From Octopus vulgaris (Eukaryota), in the NCBI GenBank assembly GCA_951406725.2, contig OX597814.1, positions 79,980,001-80,044,000 on the forward strand: DNA of 64,000 bases. The letters run 5' to 3'. The notes under the pieces are model-generated. The model did not search any database, was not told the DNA's origin, and was given only the letters and a program-made list of their open reading frames with translations. Positions within the stretch are counted from its first letter, which is position 1. Each line of letters begins with the position of its first letter. Of this stretch, positions 27,735 to 42,289 are shown one piece after another. A program made the position numbers and the translations under genes.

Positions 27735-27857
27735 CCGAAATTGCGAAGATGATCCGGTTCTTGACTGAAGATCGAAAGTTTCGAATGTCCCGTCCGTTTT
27801 TTTGTATCGTCTTCTAAATGTTTTGCGTTCTTTTCCCAGTTTGTTTTTTTACATTTA

Positions 27858-27860
<3 letters not shown>
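27731..27860 (+). mobile_element. Repeat family D 3' fragment between TA arrays
   Basis: cagccgaaattgcgaagatgatccgg..ttgaCTGAAGA..GAATgtcccgtcc. Confidence 0.65.
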
Positions 27861-27955
<95 letters not shown>

Positions 27956-28637
27956 TTTATATACATACATTAATGAATACACCTGTTTGAAACCTTATAC
28001 CGTAAAGGAAAATTATCGACGTCAACTAGACTGTAAATGTGCGTGTGCATGTATATATACGTGTATGAGCACGCATGTACGTGTACGAATACATCTATGG
28101 ATGCGCGTGAGCATGGATGTGTATATACACGTGTGTATGTATAGGCGTATGCATATGTCTATAGATATGTAGGTGTGCGTGTATATGTAAACGTATTCGC
28201 AAATATACATTATTCTTTAACACTATTACTAACCACTGAAAATGTCCAAATCGAAAGGAGAATTGACGGTTAAGTAAAAAGTAAATTTAGATTCGAAAAT
28301 ACATATACTTCATTATTTGGTATTTCTGAATATACATACAAATAGAGCTTGATCAGTAATAACATTCATTTAAAGAATTTTATATACAGAAGCATATTGG
28401 ATTTCATAGAGAGAGCCGCAGCTTTTAATATTATATATATTAACACCCACAATTTATACATATTTAGTCTTGATTCAAATATACATGACTACAACAACGA
28501 ATATAATAATCCCGAAATGATAACCAAGAGAAAATCTATGTATTTCAGTCTTTTTCTGTTTTTATATCAGCTGCTGACGAGTACAAATTTGACAATTAAG
28601 ATTATCTATTTATGAATATCTGAGTCTTTTTGTACGG

Positions 28638-28950
28638 GGCTCTCATGGCTTCTCATCTTAACTGATTGGAAGTGTTATGATGTACATGTTTTGTCTTGGT
28701 GTTAAAGATGGGCTACAGCAAATATTCTGCTCAATACCGCAGATTTTCTAGTCAGCTGCTTCACCTTAACTAGTTGAGCCTGTCCCTTACTGGTTGGCGA
28801 TATATGCATCTCTGATCCCGTGCAGAATTAGCAGGGGAGCATCATAGCCCACTTTTGAAGACATGGGTGTTTTGTTCATCATCCTTCAACAACCCTTATT
28901 CAGGGACCTTTTGAGCAGGATGGGTTACTCGACCCGTAGAAAATTCTAAC
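28638..28950 (+). mobile_element. (AAT)n-tailed SINE-like family E, truncated copy
   Basis: Matches 29643-29998 (ctctcatggcttct..tcttaactgattgg...aaattctaac) and is cut off by the Dong-like LINE. Confidence 0.8.
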
Positions 28951-29640
28951 ATCTATAAAACTTCTGATACCCAGAAATACAGACTCTGTAGAAAGACTGT
29001 GGAATATGTGACCCACTTGGTAAGTGAGAGCCTTGCACAAAAAGAATACAAGCGCCGCTATGATAAAGTGTGTGTATCTTCATTAGCTCTTATGCCGTAA
29101 ATACCAATATGAATTAACAGAGAACTGGTATGAGCATGTACCAAGTAAAGTTATGCAGGAGGATGGAAAAATGATGATACTCTGGGACAATGATTTTCAG
29201 ACAGATCGTGTAATTGAAAACCGTCGGCTGGATATTGCCATACTGAATAAGAGGGACAAATACTGTCAGATCATTGATGTAGCCATACCAAATGACATGA
29301 ATGTTGTGAGTAAAGTGGTTGAAAAAATCACCGAGTACTCCGAATTGAAAGTGGAAATGGCAAGATTGTTTGGAATGCGAGAGGGTAATGTAAACGTGAT
29401 ACCAGTGGTGACTGAAGCGTTGGGCTCAACCTCACTGAAACTTCAAGATTTCTTAAGGCAAATGAAAATCCCATGCAAGACTGATGACTTGCAAAAAGCA
29501 ACCTTAAGGAAAGTATTATCTGTCTGAGGTCCTTGTTGGGACTTTACAGATGACTAAAGACTCCGGTGCATTTTTACCTACACTGTGTTACGAAATAATA
29601 ACAACAACAACAACAACAACAACAACAATAATAATAATAA
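28951..29640 (+). mobile_element. 5'-truncated R4/Dong-clade non-LTR element (CCHC relic plus restriction-like endonuclease) with (AAC/AAT)n tail
   Basis: RLCRKTVEYVTHL..LAQKEYKRRYDKV..WYEHVP and ORF 29153-29527 ILWDNDFQTDRVIENRRLDIAIL..IIDVAIPND..EKITEYSELK..IPVVTEALG; short 3' UTR, then AAT/AAC repeats. Confidence 0.9.
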
Positions 29641-29642
29641 TA

Positions 29643-30183
29643 GGCAGTTGCTCTCATGGCTTCTGATCTTAACTGATTGGAAATGTTATCATGTACATTG
29701 ATTTGTCTTGGTATAAAAGATGGGCTACAGCAAATATTCTGCTCAGTACCACAAATTTGCTTGTCAGTTGTTTGATCTTAACCGGTTGAGCATGTCTCTT
29801 GGTAGCTGACGATATGTGCATCTCTGATCACTAGCAGAAGTAGTGGGGGAGCATCATAGCCATGTGTTGAGAGGGATTCTATGGAGTTTGAATAATTCAC
29901 CTCTGGAAACGTGAGTGTTTCGTTCATCATCTTTAAACAACCCTAATTTAGGGACCTTTTGAGTTGGATGGGCTACTCGACCAGAAGAAAATTCTAACTG
30001 GACCCCATCTACAAGGTTCTGCGCCATTTATCTTGATATAAGATCACCATTTCGCGCACATGTGGTTGTGATGCATGTGCCTGGTGTACCCTTATCAGAC
30101 GGGTAGTCATGATGGGTATATTGTGCTTCCTACAATTGTACCCCAGTGTCACTTCGATGGCATGCGCTACTCTCTCCCTCACT
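29643..30183 (+). mobile_element. (AAT)n-tailed SINE-like family E, near full length
   Basis: ~540 bp non-coding unit between (AAT)n arrays; three copies within 2 kb. Confidence 0.8.
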
Positions 30184-30211
30184 AATAATAATAATGATGA
30201 TAATAATAATG

Positions 30212-30275
<64 letters not shown>

Positions 30276-30279
30276 CAAC

Positions 30280-30452
30280 AAATGCCCTGATGCAATACCA
30301 GGCAGTGGCTCTCATGTCTTCTGATCTTAACTGATTGGCAGTGTTACCATGTGCATGTTTTATCTTGGTATAAAAGATGGGCTACAGCAAATATTCTGCT
30401 CAATACCACAGATTTGCTTGTCAGTTGTTTGACGCATGTGTTGCTCTCAATC
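30280..30452 (+). mobile_element. Family E copy with internal deletion
   Basis: 5' end aaatgccctgatgc...gtttgac joined to a 3'-end-like gcatgtgttgctctcaatc, then (AAT)n/(AAC)n. Confidence 0.75.
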
Positions 30453-30465
30453 AATGATGATGATG

Positions 30466-30561
<96 letters not shown>

Positions 30562-30799
30562 TCAGATCAAATCAAACCATTGAAAGACCGAATTTTTTAT
30601 GAGGCGAAATATAGAAGGCAAGCAGATACAAGCAGGTATGCTAATCTATTTAGATTCAACTTACTAATCACGTAGTTTGTTTTGTATTTCAAAACAATGA
30701 ATTTTTGTATTTTCAATAGCAAAGAAGGAACATGTTTAGCAATGAGAAAATATTCAAGAAAGAAACAATTTAGATTTCTGCTAGTGACTTCGATATTGT

Positions 30800-30931
30800 C
30801 TCACTTCCCGACCATATGGTTCCAGGTTCAGCTCCACCGCGTGGAACATTGGGCAAGTACTTTCTACTGTAGCTGGGGGCCAACCAAAGCCCTGTGAATG
30901 GATTTAGTAAGCGGAAACAAAAGAAAGCCTG

Positions 30932-30962
<31 letters not shown>

Positions 30963-31325
30963 TGTATGTATGTATGTATGTATGTATGTATGTATGTATG
31001 TATGTATGTATGTATGTATGTATACATGCATGCATGTATGTATGTGTGTATGTATGTATGTTTGTATGTATGAAAGTATGCATGCATGCATGCATGTATG
31101 TATGTATGTATGTATGTATGTATGTATGTATGTATGTATGTATGTATATATGTATGTATGTGCATATATATACCTTTATGCTTTGTTTACCTCCACACAT
31201 ACCCCAACGCCACTTGACAAACGGTGGCAATTTGTTTACATCTTTGTAACTTCACAGCTCGGCAAAAGGACCAATACAATAAGGTTTTAAAAAATAAGTA
31301 CTGGATAGATTTGTTTGATTAAGCT
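30800..31325 (+). mobile_element. SINE family A with large internal (TATG)n, truncated at a fold-back
   Basis: ccatatggttccaggttcag...gggcaagt...(TATG)n...cttgacaaacgg...ggcaaaaggacc...aataagtactgg. Confidence 0.75.
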
Positions 31326-31684
31326 ATGCCAGGTAATAAACCAAATGTCTATTACCTTGCATGGCTTAATCAAACAAATCTATCCAGATTGTTTTTATAT
31401 ATACATGATATTTTTATACCACCGCGTAACTAAATCTTTCCTCTTGTATCTACAGAAACATTAAACAGAGATTTGTTTATATTTGTTGTTGAGTGTTCAT
31501 TATACATATAACACTGAAGGATCAAATACAAAATGACCAGGTGATACCTTTTAAGCCATTCAAATTCATTGTTTAAAGTAAAAGCGATTGATCATCACAT
31601 TTGAATAAGTTTGTATCAAATCGCTATTTATGCAAATCTTATTTAGTGTAGTCATAGGATCCAGGTACTGTAAATAATGATTAG

Positions 31685-31724
<40 letters not shown>

Positions 31725-31790
31725 TTCTATCTATATATCTATCTATCTATCTATCTATCTATATATCTATCTATCTATCTATCTATCAAT

Positions 31791-31879
<89 letters not shown>

Positions 31880-32189
31880 CACACACACACACATATATAT
31901 ACACACACACATATAAGAGGGATGACCGCTAAGTCGACATCCAATAAGCTAGATGTAGACCCCATATGGTCTGACCACTAAGAAAAGATTGTTCTCAAGA
32001 AAATTTAGCAAACGCCACGCCAGAACGTAAGCAAGCAAGACAAATGAAAAGATACAAAATGTAATGATCATTCTCATACCAGATTTCATTGGTACCTTTT
32101 ACATATTTAAAACGTAAATGTCTGTAATTCATCAGTGTGACCGTCATAGCAAAATATAATTTGCAGAACCATACGTTCTTACTCGGGCA

Positions 32190-32655
32190 AAGTTACAATG
32201 GTCTCTAAAATAAGATATACACCGACACCCACACAACCACATTCACAGATATGTGAGGTAGGAAGACAGGAAGCATATGTACGCTGGATAAGCATGAATT
32301 TGAAATCAATATTGTAATACAGAGGGTGGCAGCATTTTGTGATCCCATTCAGGTGAAATGCAGAGTGTTTGCAGGCCTTGTCCTCTACAGCGTCTACAAC
32401 ATGCCACATATCATAGAGGCCAATAGGAGGAAGGCCATTAAGTTGGCAACTTAACGAGGTAGCATAGGCTGTTTCAAGAGGCTGGATCAGGAGGTGTGAG
32501 CTCTGGATGGAGTAATGCTACCTGGAGCCTTGCTAGCTGGACACAAAGTAGGTTTCATCACTGATGAGCCAACTAGGTGAAGGTGTCCGATTATTTAAAA
32601 TTCACAACTCCAAATGACCCCAGGTAGCGTCACTAACGTTGTATCCATCTGTATC
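32190..32655 (+). mobile_element. Decayed HERO/NeSL-like non-LTR 3' end
   Basis: DPIQVKCRVFAG..LYSVY..EANRRKAIKLA..AVSRGWIRR (cf. PIEVGCRGFAG, RRRAIK, ASRWLWIKR) followed by a UTR containing aatgaccccagg; comparison from memory. Confidence 0.55.
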
Positions 32656-32993
32656 GCCAAACGATATATGAAAAACTTTCGTGCGATGTATTTTATGCTA
32701 GATTTGATGAGGTTTTTGATATCCGAGGAATGAGTTATAAATTTAACAACCAAATTCAAATAGCGTTGATTCTTATCTTACTGGCGATGCTTTCAGTAAA
32801 TCGGTGGCAATGCAAACAAGTATTGCAACTATGAAGATTTTAAAAATTGGATTTTAGAACTTTACCGTTCCAAAAGTCACTGCAAAGAACCCTCTCATAT
32901 GGGATTATAAAAAATACTTCAATAAGAAAGGCAAACAAGAAAAACGTTGAGAATTCAATGCAGGGAAATCTGTTCCCCCATGTGTGTCTGAGT

Positions 32994-33039
<46 letters not shown>

Positions 33040-33523
33040 AATCGTGCGTGCGTGTACGTGTGTATGCGTGCGCGCTCGTGTGTGTGTGCGAGCGCGTATA
33101 TATATATATGTATGTGTATATATGTATTCATACACACATACATATACATGTATATTTGCATGCCTGTATGCGGGCATAAGTATGAATGTACGCACACATA
33201 GAATACGCACACACGCACACAACACACACACATATATATTTACATATATATATATATATATACACATATACATGCCTATATATACATATATACATACATA
33301 TATATACATATATACACATATATACATATATACATATATACATATATAGAGACAGACAGACATAAAGTTAGAGAGAGAGAGAGTGAAAGAGAGAGGTAAA
33401 GAAGGAGAAAGGAAATCATGGGGTATATGCATAAGCACAGCGTATATAAACTTTAATAGTCAGTAACGGAATGTGATAGAAAGGGAGGAATAGACAGATA
33501 CATGTGAAATATATATATATAGA

Positions 33524-33571
<48 letters not shown>

Positions 33572-34265
33572 AAGAGAAAGACGAAGAGAAAAATAGGAGC
33601 GGGTGCGAATGAAAAGGAAAAGAAGGTGGAAGGTGAGCAGAATTAAAATGGCGTTGGTTGTTAGTGTTCGTACGTGAAGAGGAAAATATGGCAGTTATTA
33701 TTATCAGCTCTTACAGGTCATAAATAAACTGTAAGTTTGCCAAATTTAATGATTGCTGCAGTTCAACGGTGATTCCTCACTTGCAGTAAAAGTAAGAGTT
33801 ATGGAACGTGAACACACTCTTCTTTTAAAGACAAAACTTTGTTAACATTTCAATTGATCGCTGTGGTTTCTTGCTTAGTTGGAAATGCTTCAAACCGATG
33901 AATTTCAATTGTGGATGATTTAAAGCAGATGATGGCTATCAAAGGTACTTTTATTACTATGTTGCAATGATACTATGTTGTATAAGGTGAAGTTAGTGGT
34001 AGATATGCGAGCTTTTTATTGCGTATATTTTCAATTGCCTACTTTGTTTTTCCTCACCCAAAATTTACTGCTGCACGCCATTTTATCGTTACTCTAAGCC
34101 GCCATCACCAACGGCACCAGAATCACCATAATCGGCATCATATGCTCCACCACCACCATCACTGCTAACACTAGCATATCTACACTATGTGTTTTATGTT
34201 TGCTTCCAGTCTTGTGTGCGTGGGTATATACATACACGTATACATGTACGTAAATATATATATAA

Positions 34266-34301
<36 letters not shown>

Positions 34302-34481
34302 TTGTGTGTGTGTGTGTGTGTGTGTGTGTATCCGGGAGGGAACAACAGAGACGGTGAGAGTGAGAGAAAACGAGCGAGTGTGAATCGGAGAAAAATGGTA
34401 ATGCTGAAGAAACCTCTTGGAATAGAAAGAGAATGATACATATATATATGTGTGTGTATGTGTGTGTGTGTGTGTGCGTGC

Positions 34482-34524
<43 letters not shown>

Positions 34525-34545
34525 CATACATACATGCATACATGC

Positions 34546-34583
<38 letters not shown>

Positions 34584-36444
34584 TAGTGATTTGTTAGATA
34601 GGTAAATATGTAGGCAGGTAGGTTGGTAGGTAGGTGGGTAGGCAGGTAGGCAGGTAGGCAGGAAGGTACACACATCCATACACGAAACAGTTCAAGAAAG
34701 AAAGAAAGAAAGAGAAAAGAAAGAAAGAAAGATTTTGACAGGTAATATAAGGTGGAAGAAGATAAATATAAGAGCGAAATCAGAGGATACAAACATACAT
34801 ACATACATATACCTTTGAGAATCCATCCACGTATATGCTTGAGTGTTCAAGATGTATGCGTGTGTGTAGAAGATTGCAATTATGGTTAGATAATATTGAT
34901 TGCTTACGTTGGCACAGGGCAACATTTTGTAATGGAATAGAATAGTTGATTGAATCGATCTCGATACATAATTAGAATCATAACTCTATCGAACCAGGAG
35001 GATCGAAAGGTAAATGGTCCCCTTGTGAGTTCCAGTGTACAACGAATGTGAAGGAAACGAAATACCCTATGGCATTTAATCTGATGCTGTAACGTTTCTG
35101 TTATTCTATTGCGTTTACGGTTGGATAGCATTCCGATCTCAACATGCCAACATTTGGCAACATTTTAGCGAATGAGTCCATTGAGATACACGAAGAATCA
35201 TTACGCTGCGTGATATACAACATTTAACATTGATCATTATTGTACGAACATTTAGGCCATTTTACAAGTGCATGAAACATATCCATTTAAATAATACCGT
35301 ATCGTAAAATGTGCGTTAGCTCATTTCAATAGTAAATTCATATGAAAGTAGTTATAATAATGTATTTTGTACTAGAAGTCATTTATCGTGGTATTTTGTA
35401 TTTTCCAAATCACCTAAAACAAACCTGTAAAATAATTGTTTTCACTTTAATATTCATCGAATCTTAAGTGACAATCCAGGCTACTCAACAATCCCACTTT
35501 TAGATGCAAATGTATGCATAAGAAACAACACATGTATAACATATTAATTACTAAAACACGAATAAATGTTTTTTATATATGCACGGAGACAGTTGATGTG
35601 GAAGTAGATAATAACTCTCACCGAACAGCCTGGAAAAATCCTTTTGATTCCCTATCCATAAACGAAATACTACAAACACTAATAAATACAGAAAACAAAA
35701 TTAATAACATTGTGAGCAATAATCTAATCGACGATTCTACGAGAACAATGTATTCAAACTAAAAGATACGAATATATTACCCATTAAAAACAAATAAGTC
35801 AAACATAAAGGTTATTAATTACATGACGCAAATATATCCCGATTATAGAACAAATGAATACATTAGGGAAATAGAAAACTCATAAAATAAAACATAACGT
35901 CTATTACTCCCAATTAGAAAGTAATGCTGATTAATGTAAACATTAAGATTTTCGTTACAACAAACTCTAAATCTACAAGCCTTAATACAAACTTTAGACG
36001 ACTAATGTACTTTAAGGAATTTTTATGCAACCACAGCCGTGACCGTTGTTAACTTCCTGATTTTATCTGTAATACTGGGTGTACAAATACCACCGTATTT
36101 TGGTGACTGACTTTGCATCTACAAGAAATATCCGCTGCAAATACATCACAAAACACAAAATAAAACTATGTATCAAAACAATGAAGATTGTTTTGCTAAA
36201 AACATGGAAGCTATATTAATAACAACATATAGCGCAGTACTTATTGTGGATGATGCTTTCTAGTAAAAATCTATAGCCAAACAATCATAACATCCGAGTC
36301 AGCAGGTATTTTCAGGAAGTTCATTTCGTGGTCATCGACGGTCAGATGGGATACTTAGAGGAATCGGAGCAGTGCTTAACAGCTATGCATGAACTGGAGT
36401 TTCTTCTTTTCTCTCCCTCCCTCTGTCTGTTCGTCTGTCTACTG

Positions 36445-36514
<70 letters not shown>

Positions 36515-37621
36515 ACTCCCGTTGAGTCTTCTATCAGATCAACGTGAGCAACGAAACAAAATACACATAATCGATAAATGAGATTGACAGTTCCCCGTTC
36601 TCTTTGTGAACGTTCATATTGATCAGTACAACACCCCGCTACCTCTTATTTCTCGCACGCTAAAAGCAACAACAGAAATGTTCTCAATCCTCTAAATTTA
36701 TTAATTACCCTATTATTCTCCAAGTTCCTCTAGCCACTATTGGCATTAGTATATTATCCCGCATTGAAGACACATCACATTTCTCTGAATTCATTGTTTT
36801 TAGCCCTAGGTAAGCCTTCCTGGAATAGACCGCTGTTCAAAACTTTTTCTGTATCTAGTATTGTCCAATATGTCCTTGTTTTAAGACGGTAGGGTGTAAT
36901 TTGTGGGCATCAGGCTAATATATCTAGTTGATTAAGTCTTAATTAGTTCCATCTCTGAAATCATCATCATCTGTGAATTAAACCCTACATCACTTATCAC
37001 TATGTTTCTCACTTCTATCCTCTCTCCCCATTTCCCTTTCTCACTCCCCTCTCGCTATTTCTCCCACCTTTCTCTTTCTCTCCCTCTCTTACTCTCTCAC
37101 TAATGTACTCCTCTCATGCCGAAGTTGTTGGCAGAAAAGCCGAATCTTTTATTTCAATTAATATTATTCTCTACTCGTATCTCTGTTTGGTAAACGACCA
37201 TTCTAAACTTCCTTTACTTAAAAACTCACTATTTACCAAATTATCATTGTCTCGGTCTCTTACAGAACGCTCAGTCACTGATTATCCGAGGCCATCCATT
37301 TCACAATATCCTTCCTCAATGAAACTTAGAAGACAGGGATCTGCCAGCTGGCAGAAGACCCACAACTTTTACAGTGTCTCTAGCATTAAATATATTTTAC
37401 ATCAGATCTAGCCACGACAGGAAAGCAAGTACTTTCTTGCTCTTGGGCTTATCCATTATCTTTCTTCCAGGGAAGTTCATAATTCAATATCAACAAGTTG
37501 CTCACAAAAACTACCTTACAATAGTTCAGAACGAAAAGGTTGCCTGAAAAACCTGACCCTTACTAGCTGTGTATGTGTCTTCATTTCTCTCCGCAAGCCT
37601 GAAAGAAGAGCAAGAAAATAC

Positions 37622-37853
37622 CTATTTCTTTACTACCCACAAAGGGCTTAACACAGAGAGGACAAACAAGGACAGACAAACGGATTAAGTCAATTATATC
37701 GACCCAAGTGCGTAACTGATACGTAATTTATCGACCCTGAAAGGATGAAAGGCACAGTCGACCTCGGCGGAATTTGAACTCAGAATGTAACGGCAGACGA
37801 AATACGGCTACGCATTTCGCCCGGCGTGCTAACGTTTCTGCCAGCTCGCCGCC
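37622..37853 (-). mobile_element. SINE family B-type head with an alternative tail
   Basis: Minus strand ggcggcgagctggcagaaacgttagcacgccgggcgaaatgc...ttctgagttcaaattccgccgaggtcgact; young copy. Confidence 0.9.
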
Positions 37854-38839
37854 AAAGAAAGCAAGAAAATACTTTCAAACGAGCCAACCTGAAGCCTTTT
37901 CAAAATTACAGCCATTGTTGCTGGTCCCTTGTTTGTGTGTATTTGTGACTCTCTGTCTGTCTTGAAATTGGTTTCTCTCAGTTTCTCTCTCTTTCTCTTC
38001 TTATCTCTACCCCTGTTTTTTATTGTGTGCGTGTTTGTGTGGTTGTGTAAGTGTGTGTGTGTGTGTGAGTGTGTGTGTATGAGTGTGTGTGTATGAGTGT
38101 GTGTGTGTTTGTGTGTCCGTGTGTCCGTGCCTATGCACTATTCTGTTTTATTATTGGTTTCATATAAGCTTACCTAGAAAATAATGAAATTTATCCCAGC
38201 AATTTTAATTTAAGTGCATAAAGCAAGTCTCATTAATTTTTCCATTATATATCACTAACTATGTTTTAATATCAATATAAACGTCATATATATACGTGTA
38301 TATATATATAAACCACACACGTGCGTGTGCAGACACATCATTACGCACACATACACATATACATTCACACACATATATATACATACATACATATATACAT
38401 GTATATATATGAAAGCCACTCATACAATATGCAAAGAAACAATAACCATTCATTTCCAGCCAATAATTGTATAAAATTTAATCAACATCACCCGTCAATA
38501 AATCAATACATATACATACAATAATAATATGCGTGTATATTATATATTTATACCTGTATTTCTGTGTGTGTATGTATGTATGTATGTATGTATGTATGTA
38601 TGTATGTATGTATGTATGTATGTACGCATGCATGTATGTATGTACACACAGATGCAGACGCAGACACGCACTTTATATAAACGTATGTTATACATATATA
38701 TGCTTAAACTTCTATGCACATATATTTATATGACGCAAGAACAATATATAGAGACAAACACACGCGCACAGACAAATATGTGTGTGTATGTGTGTATATA
38801 TATATATACATACTCATACACACACTATACGCACACATG

Positions 38840-38887
<48 letters not shown>

Positions 38888-39684
38888 GGCGCACATATGC
38901 AACGGAACGAAGATGTTAATAGGCATATGTAAAATTTGCATAGAGTGACATTGTGACGTTAAATCATATTAATTAAAACAGCGGCATTAACTACAACAAC
39001 AACAACAATGCTATCATCTGCGAAGTTAGTAACAACAATAACATCTGCAAAATTATCTTGTCTTGTCTTTATTTGCCACAAGGTTAAGGCCAATTCAAAC
39101 GCAACAGCAATTATGACAACAATACCTCGGCTCCTTATTCTTGAAAAACATACGCAAAAGCAAGAAGCATAAACATGGCGAAAGACAGATATCGAAAGAT
39201 AATCCGTTATGGATGAATGGATTGATAGATGGATGGATGGATGGATGGATGGATGGATGGATGGATGGAAGGAGGGATGAATAGATGGATGGGTGGCGGT
39301 ATGGATAGAGGGAAGTAAGAAGAGATAGATAGATGGAGGGATGGCGGGAGGGACATTTGGTTGGGGTGGTTAGTTTTTGCATGTATTTTTTCAAAATTTT
39401 CGTCAGTATATGAGTTTCTTCTCCTGTGTATTGTGTCTGTATGTGTTATGACTGTGTGCTGTGCTGTGTTGTATTGTGTGTGTATGTGTGTGTGTGTGTG
39501 TGATTGTACTAGCCAATTTTGATAAGAATGGATGGCCATAAGGAATAATAAATAGAATATTAATGGAATCCTCAGCTAATCTTCTGAAATGGGCTACTTT
39601 AATAAATTTATCTTCATTCTCCCAAGTATGATTGTTCAACCAACCTCACCTTGATACCCATTAATCAATCGAGAAAACAATAGC

Positions 39685-39739
<55 letters not shown>

Positions 39740-39950
39740 GAAGATAAAGAGGAAAAAGGAAAAAGAAGAATGAGGAGGAGATGGTCGAAGTGGTGGTGGT
39801 AGTGGTGGTGGTGGTGGTGGTTGAGGAGGAGGCCGAACATTGTGCTTATTGTATTGCAGAGTTTAAAATTTTCTCTCCCATACAAACAAACGTAGTCAAA
39901 TATTCGGTGTGTCTCTATACTTGTCTGTAAGTGCTTGTGTGTGCGGTTAC

Positions 39951-39993
<43 letters not shown>

Positions 39994-40779
39994 TGTGTGT
40001 GTGTGCGTGCGTGTGTGTTTGCATGTGTGAATGAATGCACAAGTACACGCGCGCGCACAGTATAATAATGGACACTTGATCATAGGCAAAAAAAACAGAA
40101 ACAAGTACCAGCAATCCCTCCAAGATAATAATAAATATATTAAAGGGAAAGAAACGAAATTAAAGTAGGATGTTTTCAACTCTTTGGTGATGCCATCAAT
40201 TTTGATCCAGCTCAAAAAAAAAAAAAGAAAATAAATAAAGAAACAAAGAAATAAAGAAATTTTCAAATATATCAATCGTGTTCGACGAAAATATTTGATT
40301 AACTAATCAGAAATAAATGAAAATATGTCTAAAGGAGAAATGTTGTATGGTGTTAGTTTCCTGTCGATGCTATGCCAAACATTGTACGCAAACATATTTG
40401 AAAATAAATAACCTGGTAAAAATAAAAATAAAACTGAAGAAATGAAAAATGAAGGTGTGTGTTATTATAGGATATCGTGTAATATTCTGTCAGAAAAAAA
40501 GTATATTTTCCTGTGACATAATGTAAGAGTTACAGCTAACCTAGATCAGTAACTAGGGTGTCGAAGAGACTAATGAACTCTTCCTGCAAAACTGATAATC
40601 GTTGGCCTATAGTACAGAATTCAAGTCTTTCTATGTGTTTAATCCTTTGTCTGCCGAAAGCATTTTCATAAGTTTTCAGACTTCTTGTTAACCCTTCTAT
40701 CATACATTCTGAGTATAAAATAAAACTTTCCTTTCATAATTCCCATGTTACTCTGGAGGTTGAAAGAAAAATTGGAGCT

Positions 40780-40943
40780 GCGTAAGCATGGCTGTGTGGT
40801 AAGATCCTTGCTTCCCAACCATATGGTTCCGGGTTCAGTCCTACAGCGTGACACTTGCATAGGTGTCTTCTACTATAGCTTCAGGCCGATCAATGCCTTC
40901 TGAGTCGATTTGGTAGACGGAAACTGACAGAAGCATGTCGTAT

Positions 40944-40982
<39 letters not shown>

Positions 40983-41190
40983 CGTGTGTGTGTGTGTGTG
41001 TGTGCGTGCGTGCTTTCGCCTGTGCTTGTCCCTCACCACCGCTTGACAAGCGATGTTGTTGCGTTTACGTTGCCGTAACCTAGTGGATCGGCAAAAGAGT
41101 TCGATTGAAAAAGTACCAGACTTCAAAAAAGTGCTAAAAATTCGTCAAGACAGAGCTTCAGCATGGCTGCAGTCAAATGACTAAAACAAT
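40780..41190 (+). mobile_element. SINE family A
   Basis: catggctgtgtggtaagatccttgcttcccaaccatatggttccgggttcagtcc...(TG)n...cagcatggctgcagtcaaatgactaaaac. Confidence 0.85.
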
Positions 41191-41582
41191 GAGGCACAGG
41201 ACAGTCAACAAATTAATCAGAACGAAAATAAGATCCTTCTCTAGATTTCCGTTGACTTCATTACCGATTGACGGATGCCTCTAATCAGGTAATATGAAAG
41301 CCCTGAATGAAACGTTATGCAATGAAATAATATCTCGATTAAGACGAAGAATGCAAGAAAGGAAATAATTTAGGAGGACGAAAACAGTTGAAGCCTTCAA
41401 TCATACCGATCGTTGAAGTTAAACTTCTTGAATTATATTAGAGAAGTGTGCATCTTGAAATATTTACAATACAGACGTATGCACATTCGAATGACATGAT
41501 ACTGACAGACTTTAAGAAACGTAACTAAAGGTACAATACCTAATGAAAGATAAAGAAATGAAATTTAATGTATTGGGCCTAT

Positions 41583-41778
41583 AAGGCAGCGAGCTGGCAG
41601 AATAGTTACCACGCCGAGCAAAATGCTTCACGTTCTGAGTTCAAATTCTACTGAGGTTGACATTGCCTTTTCTCCTTTTGACTTCGATAAAATACGTACC
41701 AATTGAGCACTGAGTTCGATGGAATCGGCTTAACCCTTCCCTCCAAAATTGCTAGCTTTGCGCCAAAATTTAAAACAA
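41583..41778 (+). mobile_element. SINE family B
   Basis: aaggcagcgagctggcagaatagtta...ccaaaatttaaaac. Confidence 0.85.
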
Positions 41779-41908
41779 ATATGTTGTGACTATGGAAAAC
41801 CTTGAAAATCAGCTGCTAATTTCACTGATAAATACTCAAAGCTACAAGGGATTATTCCCCCAGAGGTTTTCCTCATATATATACATATATAATATCATAT
41901 ATACACAC

Positions 41909-41994
<86 letters not shown>

Positions 41995-41996
<2 letters not shown>

Positions 41997-42168
41997 AGTG
42001 CGTGGCTTAGCGGTTAGGGTGTAAGCATCATGATCGTAAGATTGTGGTTTCGATTCCTGGACCGGGCGACGCGTTGTGTTCTTGAGGAAAACACTTCATT
42101 TAACGTTGCTCTAGAAACCGGGAAACCGGGCCCATGACCCTGGCTAGGCTTTAAAAGGGCGCATTTAT
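41995..42168 (+). mobile_element. tRNA-derived SINE (head shared with the 17975-18313 family), short form
   Basis: gcgtggcttagcggttaggg...ggtttcgattcctggaccgggcgacgcgttgtgttcttgag. Confidence 0.8.
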
Positions 42169-42289
42169 TATATATATACATATACATATATACAATATCA
42201 TATATTCAAACGCACGCATATATATATTCACGTTCACCCACAATATTATACATACATACGTGCACACACTTGTATTCAGCATGAGCAAC

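Noticed and set aside
32557-32595. CTGATGA-gcc aacta ggt-GAAG hammerhead-like string
   Set aside because: The second core is GAAG, stems I and III are poor, it is a single copy, and it lies in a decayed LINE UTR.
35500-36260. Possible second Penelope endonuclease relic
   Set aside because: Composition is similar but motifs could not be read convincingly without a profile search.
41200-41580. Possible pogo/CENP-B HTH relic (GGRK...E.KLLE)
   Set aside because: Short, frameshifted, low-information match.
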